From Patescibacteria group bacterium (lineage in GTDB: Bacteria > Patescibacteriota > Microgenomatia > UBA1400 > PJMF01): a DNA stretch of 64,000 nucleotides. The notes beneath the pieces are model-generated. The model saw only the letters and a list, made by a program, of their open reading frames with translations, was not told the DNA's origin and ran no database searches. Below are positions 57,817 through 64,000 of this stretch, piece by piece (the first letter of the stretch is position 1; each line of letters starts with the position of its first letter). Location of the stretch: the NCBI GenBank assembly GCA_052035325.1, contig JBPOHR010000006.1, positions 3,083-67,082 of the forward strand, given 5' to 3'. The position numbers and the translations under genes were made by a program.

Positions 57817-59599
57817 AGCCACGTGAACGATAATATTCACGCGTCCCAACTGCGGAAATAACTGATACTTTTTCACGGTTATTTTCACGAGCAATTTCTT
57901 GAGCTTTTTCAAGTAGCCGCGTGCCAAATCCTTGGTGTTGAGCCCGACCAGTTTCTTGAACACCTACCCCCACTGCTTGACCATACACATGCACTTCACG
58001 AATCAGTGCAGCATTTTCCAACTCAGACCATAATGCTGGTACAGTCGGAATGCTCAACCGTAAAAAGGCCGCTAACTTATCATCACTTGTCACAAACTGT
58101 AAAAAGACTTCGTCACTCACCGAAGTCGAGTAACGATACTCTTGCAACGTCACTTCCTCGGCAGTAACTTTCTGACCTTTGACTTCGCGCGAGCGAATTT
58201 CACGGATTTTCACAGCCTGGTTGGCAAGTTCTGCTTCCGCAATTTGGCGAAAGTTGGTCAGCTTATTACCCACCACAATATCTGTGGAAGGAATATCTCG
58301 GATCACCCGAGTCAAACGGCAGTACTCGGGCGTGGTTACTAAACAATGTGTCAACACGTCGAGCAGTTCATCATATGCATACGGTTGCCAAGCACCTTTC
58401 TGGTAGTACTGCATTAGTTCCGCACTTTCGATCAGTGAACAAGGGTAGATTTTGAGCTCATCAGGGCAAAAGTCTGGGCCAAATAAACCATCAAAGTCCT
58501 GTTTATCCAAAGCCACGGTAGAACCATACAAGTTGGCCATCCAATGAGCATGGATTTTGAATCCAGCCTGGCGAAGTAGGGCGAAGGCGCGTTTGGTCGC
58601 GGCCACATCGTGGCCGCGATGATTCAAGGTCAACACGTTATCCTGCAAACTCTGGACACCAATTTGTGTTTTCGTACAGCCTAATCGACGGATACGACGA
58701 ACTTCTGCTTCGGAGATATTATCTGGCCTGGTTTCGATCACCAAGCCCACAATGCGACAACTCGCCGTTTCATTCGCGAGCTGTGCTGCGGTCAGTTCGT
58801 CCCACGTTGCAGCTTGATAGGCATCAAGACCGGCTTTTCGCTCTGGTGCTACATACACCTCGGAAATGACTTGATTGTAGGTTTTGCCTCGCTGGCTACC
58901 ATCAATCTCCTGATCTGCCAATAACGCCTCATTATGTTCAGGATCATTTGTCGGAATCGTGTCGGTAACCCGCGCCAGCTTCGCGGCAAAATCAGCATAT
59001 TTCGCTATAACTTCCGGCCGACTGTCCACCTTGCCAAACTCATTGAGCGCCCGGAAACACTCCTTAATAAACCAAATTTGATATGCCTCAGGATAGTAGG
59101 ACCACGTCCCACCTAAAATAATCAACTCCACTTTATCAACGCTATGTCCAATATTGTGCAAAGCCTGAAGTCGGTTATAGGTTTGCAAGTACGGATCAAA
59201 GTAGTTACGCTCTGCCCGTTGCGCTCCAGGCTCATCACTCATGTAACTTTTCGGCATCCGAATATCATTGGGACAAAAGATACATTTTCCTGGGCAGGGG
59301 AAAGGTTTCGTCAATACCGTCACCGGCGTCACTCCTGACTGCGTCCGCACCGGCTTCATCTGTAACGCCCGCAGGCGAGCGGCATCCAGCTCTGGCATTC
59401 CGTCTTTTCCGGCTAGTGCTCGATAGGCTTGTATAACCATGTCACCAGAGAACATCTCACCATTCACCTTGGGATGTTGTCTAATTATCTGATCAATTTT
59501 CTTCTTGCTCAGTTCTACCGTCGGCACCTCAGCTAAAGCCGCGATAAGTGGCTTAAGTTGATCTCGATAGGTTTCCCAGTCAAAATGATATGATTGCAC
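57779..59599 (-). CDS. elp3: Elp3 tRNA U34 carboxymethyltransferase (radical SAM + KAT)
   Basis: RTQSGV, CPGKCIFCP, PKSY, ILGGTW, ETRPD, LKIYP, RVIRDIP, IREVHVYG, QHQGFG, ISAVGTREYY. GTG start follows TATAAT-N6. Confidence 0.93.
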   Translation of the reverse strand: MQSYHFDWETYRDQLKPLIAALAEVPTVELSKKKIDQIIRQHPKVNGEMFSGDMVIQAYRALAGKDGMPELDAARLRALQMKPVRTQSGVTPVTVLTKPFPCPGKCIFCPNDIRMPKSYMSDEPGAQRAERNYFDPYLQTYNRLQALHNIGHSVDKVELIILGGTWSYYPEAYQIWFIKECFRALNEFGKVDSRPEVIAKYADFAAKLARVTDTIPTNDPEHNEALLADQEIDGSQRGKTYNQVISEVYVAPERKAGLDAYQAATWDELTAAQLANETASCRIVGLVIETRPDNISEAEVRRIRRLGCTKTQIGVQSLQDNVLTLNHRGHDVAATKRAFALLRQAGFKIHAHWMANLYGSTVALDKQDFDGLFGPDFCPDELKIYPCSLIESAELMQYYQKGAWQPYAYDELLDVLTHCLVTTPEYCRLTRVIRDIPSTDIVVGNKLTNFRQIAEAELANQAVKIREIRSREVKGQKVTAEEVTLQEYRYSTSVSDEVFLQFVTSDDKLAAFLRLSIPTVPALWSELENAALIREVHVYGQAVGVGVQETGRAQHQGFGTRLLEKAQEIARENNREKVSVISAVGTREYYRSRGFSDGELYQHKAV

Positions 59600-59625
59600 C
59601 AGGTGATTATACCCTTTCACCAGAT

Positions 59626-60378
59626 ATGAATCACACACTCATCCGCCGACTCAACTATCTCAATCAAGATTTCTACTCAATTACGGCTCAACAATTTTCA
59701 GCCACCCGCCAAACACCGTGGGCAGGTTGGGAGCAATTACTACCGTTTTTGGAAAAAATCTGCCTCGATTCAACTCGACCGATTCGAGTTCTCGACATTG
59801 GTTGTGGCAATGGTCGGTTCGCTCATTGGTTGAGTGATCATTTTCCCACAAATTCTTTCGAATACCTTGGTATCGACTCCAGTGAACAACTGCTTAGCGA
59901 AGCTAGTCAATTGACTGTTCCGCACGTCTCAGTCAGTACCCGACACGTAGATGTCGTCGAAGCGCTTCTCAAATCTGGTACTTTCATTAAAGAAAGTGCT
60001 TTTGATGTCATCGTTTCATTTGGCGTAATCCATCACATTGCATCAAAAGAACTCCGCGCCAACTTATTGTCGCAAATTAACGCAAAGCTCGTGAAAGGTG
60101 GAGTAGGGGTGATTACTTTCTGGCAGTTTGATCACATTCCTAACTTGCTAGAACGACAATTCTCAGCAACGGATCTAGGGATGGAGGAACTTGAAAAGAA
60201 TGACTATATCCTAGACTGGCAACGAGGTGTTCGCGCCTATCGGTACTGTCATCTCACCACCAAAGCAGAAGTAAAGGAACTTGTTGCTCATGCTCAGTTA
60301 GAGGTTGTAAAACAGTTCGAAGCAGATGGAAATGATGCAGCTACAAACCACTATCTGGTCATAACCAAATCTGCATAA
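59626..60378 (+). CDS. Class I SAM-dependent methyltransferase, Trm9/ALKBH8-like
   Basis: FSATRQTPW, LDIGCGNGR, GIDSS, FDVIVSFGVIHHI, ITFW, YRYCH. Confidence 0.8.
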   Translation: MNHTLIRRLNYLNQDFYSITAQQFSATRQTPWAGWEQLLPFLEKICLDSTRPIRVLDIGCGNGRFAHWLSDHFPTNSFEYLGIDSSEQLLSEASQLTVPHVSVSTRHVDVVEALLKSGTFIKESAFDVIVSFGVIHHIASKELRANLLSQINAKLVKGGVGVITFWQFDHIPNLLERQFSATDLGMEELEKNDYILDWQRGVRAYRYCHLTTKAEVKELVAHAQLEVVKQFEADGNDAATNHYLVITKSA

Positions 60379-60470
60379 TGCAAACTCCGCTTACCTCTAG
60401 TCGAGTTTTGCCAGTACTTTTGGTACAATTGGAGATCTTGGATTGCGCCTTTGACGCGCAAACATGACAA

Positions 60471-60541
60471 TGCCCCGTGGTCTAATGGCAGGACAGCAGC
60501 CTTTGAAGCTGTTTATCTAGGTTCGAATCCTAGCGGGGCAT
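60471..60541 (+). tRNA. tRNA-Gln (TTG)
   Basis: TGCCCCG/CGGGGCA acceptor (U1-A72), GCAGC-CTTTGAA-GCTGT, GGTTCGAATCC. TACAAT upstream. Confidence 0.95.
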
Positions 60542-60549
60542 CAATACGT

Positions 60550-60573
60550 AAAACCACCACAAGGTGGTTTTTT
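60550..60573. terminator. Bidirectional intrinsic terminator
   Basis: AAAACCACC-ACAA-GGTGGTTTTTT between convergent units. Confidence 0.8.
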
Positions 60574-60596
60574 CGGTAAGACTATAATTAACTGCC

Positions 60597-61034
60597 TCAT
60601 CCAGGCAAAAAATATGTGTTAGTTTCTCGTTGACACAAGTCCCAAGTACGTAATCTCGTTTCGTCTTCAATGGTTTCTGTTTTTAAGGTCATTCCATTCG
60701 ATAGCTCAACTACAATATTTTTTCCATCCTCTACAAAAGAAAAGGACACCACAGTGGGTTTTTCTACCTCGATGTTCGCTACTTTAGGATCTAACGTATC
60801 TCTCTCCTCAGTAGTGGAATCTGCCACAACAATTTTTCCTCGACAAAACTTCCAAGCACCTTCCACGCAAAGTGTCCAATCACCATCGCCATCATGGCAT
60901 TCACCAAAATGGATATAGAGGAAAAATGCATATGCGTTCAACATGCGGCACATAGGTAAACCTACTAATTGAGCAGTGATTTTCTGCAACTCTGTGGATG
61001 AGGTTACTGTGATATATGTCGTTGATTCGGTCAT
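60597..61034 (-). CDS. Hypothetical protein
   Basis: 145-aa ORF, predicted beta-rich. Confidence 0.6.
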   Translation of the reverse strand: MTESTTYITVTSSTELQKITAQLVGLPMCRMLNAYAFFLYIHFGECHDGDGDWTLCVEGAWKFCRGKIVVADSTTEERDTLDPKVANIEVEKPTVVSFSFVEDGKNIVVELSNGMTLKTETIEDETRLRTWDLCQRETNTYFLPG

Positions 61035-61139
61035 AGGCTATCTGGTAGTGTCATTAGTATAACCCTCAAACTACAGCAACTACATTCGTAATCTAGATCA
61101 CTTTCACGCAGAGCAGACAGGTCTACACTATCTGCCAAT

Positions 61140-62372
61140 ATGGAAAAAGAACCCAGCATTCGCCAAGAAATACAAAAGTATAAAGGACTTGTCTGCTCAG
61201 CAGATATGGTTGTCATCACCCTTGTCTGCTCTGACAGTCGTGTCTCACTCCCCGAAGGTTTAGTGGACATCAAAATGAAAGACGGCACCACTAAGAAAGT
61301 GGTTTTTATTGGTGTACCGACAATTGGTGGCGGCATACCTAGTCATTCTCGTTTTCGGGGTGTCAAGGATGTATTACTAAGCTGGGGCGTTGCTGCAGAG
61401 AAACTACGAGTCTTAGCGACACAACACGGAGACACAAAAGAAATCACCAGTGCTGCTAAAGCTGGTTCTACCGAACATGCTCATGATGTCTCATGCGGTC
61501 TAAGAAGTTTTATGGAAAAATACAGAGAAGATCTAATCGACATTCACAATATCATTGTCCCTTGGTCAACAGAATATAAAATTAAGAATCGAAATAATAA
61601 ACTTGCTCCAGATCGGCTTGAACTTGATGTTATTCGGAGTGAGTGTCCAGATGGTATGGACTTAATTGATGCACTGCACAAAAAGACAGGATTACCTCGT
61701 CGTCTCATTTTGCGAGCAGCATATCGCAATATGTCGTCAGCAATAGCTGACAATGAGATGGCGGTTGCAGACAGAGTAGGACAGTATGTCTTAAGCGAAG
61801 AACACGAGGACTTATGGGGCACGTGTTTCATTGGTGCTGCAGAGTACGATCATCAGAAAAAAATACTTATTTTCAACCAGAATCACTCTGACCTAGGTTT
61901 TGCTGATCGTGAAGTACCACTACCAGAACTGACACCACGGACGGACACTATTCAAAATCCCAACTATGTTGTTATCTCGTTTGGTAAAGAAGCTATCTGT
62001 ATTCATAATGGTGTCGTGCTACCTGAATTTGCACGAACGACAGAAAATCCTGACAATATTTTCAGAGCGTGTGCCAGCACAACTGCCATCCCAAATCTAT
62101 TATGTGCCTTTGCCGAAGCATTTTATGCGGTGGTGCATAAAGTTGAACCCCATCCAGGCGATAATAATTTTTCCACACTGCAACAAGTGGTCGTGGTGTG
62201 TGACAGTGATGAGCACTACGAAGTGTTACTACAGACACTTGATTCACCTGAGTTCAAAGAAGAGTACTTGCCCATTTTTAAACAACTTAATGCCGGAAAG
62301 ATCTTGGTACAAAAGTTGCATTTAGATCGACCAGATATACAACCAGAAATGAGCGAATTACAATTAGCCTGA
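61140..62372 (+). CDS. Divergent beta-carbonic-anhydrase-like protein
   Basis: LVCSDSRV, PTIGG, TQH...CG, followed by a second degenerate repeat (QNPNYVVIS...NIFR...FYAVVH). Confidence 0.55.
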   Translation: MEKEPSIRQEIQKYKGLVCSADMVVITLVCSDSRVSLPEGLVDIKMKDGTTKKVVFIGVPTIGGGIPSHSRFRGVKDVLLSWGVAAEKLRVLATQHGDTKEITSAAKAGSTEHAHDVSCGLRSFMEKYREDLIDIHNIIVPWSTEYKIKNRNNKLAPDRLELDVIRSECPDGMDLIDALHKKTGLPRRLILRAAYRNMSSAIADNEMAVADRVGQYVLSEEHEDLWGTCFIGAAEYDHQKKILIFNQNHSDLGFADREVPLPELTPRTDTIQNPNYVVISFGKEAICIHNGVVLPEFARTTENPDNIFRACASTTAIPNLLCAFAEAFYAVVHKVEPHPGDNNFSTLQQVVVVCDSDEHYEVLLQTLDSPEFKEEYLPIFKQLNAGKILVQKLHLDRPDIQPEMSELQLA

Positions 62373-62400
62373 TCAAGAAAATCCCGATATACTCACGGGC

Positions 62401-62985
62401 ATGCATGAATTTAAAAACATTATTGGAGTGATTGCTGTCATATTGACATTTGTTGGCTATATTCCTTACTTGCGCGATGTAGTGTCCGGCAAAACCGTTC
62501 CTCATCTCTATAGTTGGTTCTTATGGGGTTTTGTAACAAGTATCGCTTTTGCACTACAGTTTAGTGATAAAGCAGGCACAGGTGCATTTGTTACGCTAGC
62601 TGCTGCACTTATGTGTTTTGTAGTTTTAGTGCTGGGAATAATCAAAAAAAGTAGTAGCGCTATTACTCATCTGGATACCGTTTTTTTAGTTGCTGCATTC
62701 ATCTCCTTGGCAGTATGGCTCGTCGCCAAACAACCCGTTGTGTCAGCAATACTAACTACCTTCATCGATATTCTTGGTTTCGCACCCACTATCCGCAAAT
62801 CTTGGAATAAACCTCACTCAGAAACTCTTTCGTTCTACGTCCTAAACTCTTTTAGGTTTGGATTGGCAGTCATTTCATTAAACAGATACAACATCGTGAC
62901 CGCGTTGTACCCAGTTGTGTGGTTAGTAGCTAACGGCGCGTTTGCACTCATGCTAACCATCCGTCGCAAGTCCGTGCTACCATGA
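62401..62985 (+). CDS. Membrane protein with two PQ-loop-like repeats
   Basis: GYIPYLRDVVSGKT / GFAPTIRKSWNKP, about 7 TMs. Confidence 0.7.
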   Translation: MHEFKNIIGVIAVILTFVGYIPYLRDVVSGKTVPHLYSWFLWGFVTSIAFALQFSDKAGTGAFVTLAAALMCFVVLVLGIIKKSSSAITHLDTVFLVAAFISLAVWLVAKQPVVSAILTTFIDILGFAPTIRKSWNKPHSETLSFYVLNSFRFGLAVISLNRYNIVTALYPVVWLVANGAFALMLTIRRKSVLP

Positions 62986-62993
62986 ACTAGTAG

Positions 62994-64000
62994 ATGCAAT
63001 TTCTTACAAAAGTTCTCAGTCAAGTCGAAAAATACGTCCCTTTTGTGGTCATGATCGGCCTTGCTGTCGCCACGGGCATCACCCTTGTTGGCCAACCTCT
63101 GCTCGCTCACACCCTTGTTTTCTGGATACTACTCATCGGCATTATTCCATTTCTCAAAAATATATTGGTATCTTTTGCACATAAAGAATTTGGTGTCGAT
63201 CTGCTGGCTGCGGTGAGTATTATTTCAAGTCTCGTAATTGGTGAGTACATTGCCGGTGCAGTGATTTTACTAATGCTCTCTGGTGGAGAAGCATTGGAAA
63301 ACTTCGCACTAGGCCGAGCCCGCAAGGAACTTTCACATCTACTTGCCAACGCTCCCACCATTGCCCATCGCAAAAAAGGCCAGACGATTACCGACATCAA
63401 AGCTGAAGAAGTAAAAGTAGATGACATATTAGTAATCAAACCTGGAGAAGTTATTCCAGTTGACGGCATCATACTCAATGGCGCATCAACAGTGGATGAA
63501 TCTGCTCTCACCGGTGAATCAATTCCCGTAGAGAAAACCGTACATGCTCATGTGATGAGCGGCAGCACCAACGGAGCAGGACTGCTTGAAGTACGAGCAC
63601 TCCACGCTAGTAAAGACAGTAACTATGAACGAATTATTAACCTCGTCAGAGCCGCCGAAAAAGAAAAAGCTCCTTTTGTCAGGCTAGCCGATCGTTACAG
63701 TGTGTGGTTTACGTTGATCGCCTTTATCGTAGCGGGACTCGGTTGGATTATCAGTGGAGACCCAGCCCGAGCACTTGCTGTCCTGGTTGTCGCCACACCA
63801 TGTCCGTTGATTCTCGCGACCCCAATAGCTTTTGCTTCCGGCATCAGTCGAGCTGCCAAACGTGGCATCATCATTAAAAATGGCCGAGTGATCGAACAAC
63901 TCGCCAAAGCCAAAAGTTTTCTCTTTGATAAAACCGGCACATTAACACTAGGCACTCCCACGCTTCACGAAATCGAAACATTCGGTGGACTCACACAACA
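62994..64000 (+). CDS. Heavy-metal P1B-type ATPase (PCP motif, P1B-5-like); runs off the window edge
   Basis: Manual translation: GVDLLA, PGEVIPVDG, DESALTGESIP, VVATPCPLILATP, FDKTGTLT. Confidence 0.92.
   Translation, partial: MQFLTKVLSQVEKYVPFVVMIGLAVATGITLVGQPLLAHTLVFWILLIGIIPFLKNILVSFAHKEFGVDLLAAVSIISSLVIGEYIAGAVILLMLSGGEALENFALGRARKELSHLLANAPTIAHRKKGQTITDIKAEEVKVDDILVIKPGEVIPVDGIILNGASTVDESALTGESIPVEKTVHAHVMSGSTNGAGLLEVRALHASKDSNYERIINLVRAAEKEKAPFVRLADRYSVWFTLIAFIVAGLGWIISGDPARALAVLVVATPCPLILATPIAFASGISRAAKRGIIIKNGRVIEQLAKAKSFLFDKTGTLTLGTPTLHEIETFGGLTQ

Noticed and set aside
122-63961. Numerous 60-170 aa ORFs in the track that overlap or oppose recognised genes (e.g. 30157..30624, 37937..38437, 41379..41921, 63107..63511)
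   Set aside because: Shadow frames of well-supported CDSs or tRNAs, with no motifs or start signals.
1-64000. Genetic code 25 (TGA=Gly) for the whole genome
   Set aside because: Long conserved genes (RND, typA, elp3, glgP) have no internal TGA, and TGA ends genes at expected lengths (e.g. DUF1801 at 37861, rarA at 52108). Only one internal TGA was seen.

Overview
A 64-kb chromosomal segment. Its gene content, density of orphan ORFs and promoter style suggest a Patescibacteria/CPR (Microgenomates-like) bacterium using genetic code 11; the taxonomy is inferred, not shown. The window holds about 65 CDSs: MacAB-like ABC exporter with a two-component system, MBOAT/SGNH O-acylation pair, RND pump with MarR, efp/epmA/epmB, typA, radC, pseudouridine synthase, a Fur-family/YibE-F locus, hsp20 with tandem CIRCE, MFS, MutY-like glycosylase, fused PPAT-DUF359, rarA, glgP, recQ, elp3 and a P1B ATPase. 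There are five tRNAs: His-GTG, Gly-TCC, Leu-TAA, Pro-TGG and Gln-TTG. No rRNA, CRISPR-cas, transposase or integrase was found. Best candidates for novel biology: (1) head-to-head Elp3 and a Trm9/ALKBH8-like methyltransferase next to tRNA-Gln(UUG), suggesting a eukaryote/archaea-type mcm5U34 pathway in a bacterium; (2) two YibE/F membrane proteins, two orphan proteins and a Fur/Zur regulator under a promoter with two identical palindromic operators; (3) a highly structured, internally repeated non-coding segment upstream of an atypical tRNA-Gly; (4) an AT-rich two-gene candidate defence cassette after tRNA-Pro; (5) pervasive leaderless gene starts. Several starts were moved from the ORF track using -10 element geometry. 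All family assignments come from reading motifs by eye; no searches were run.
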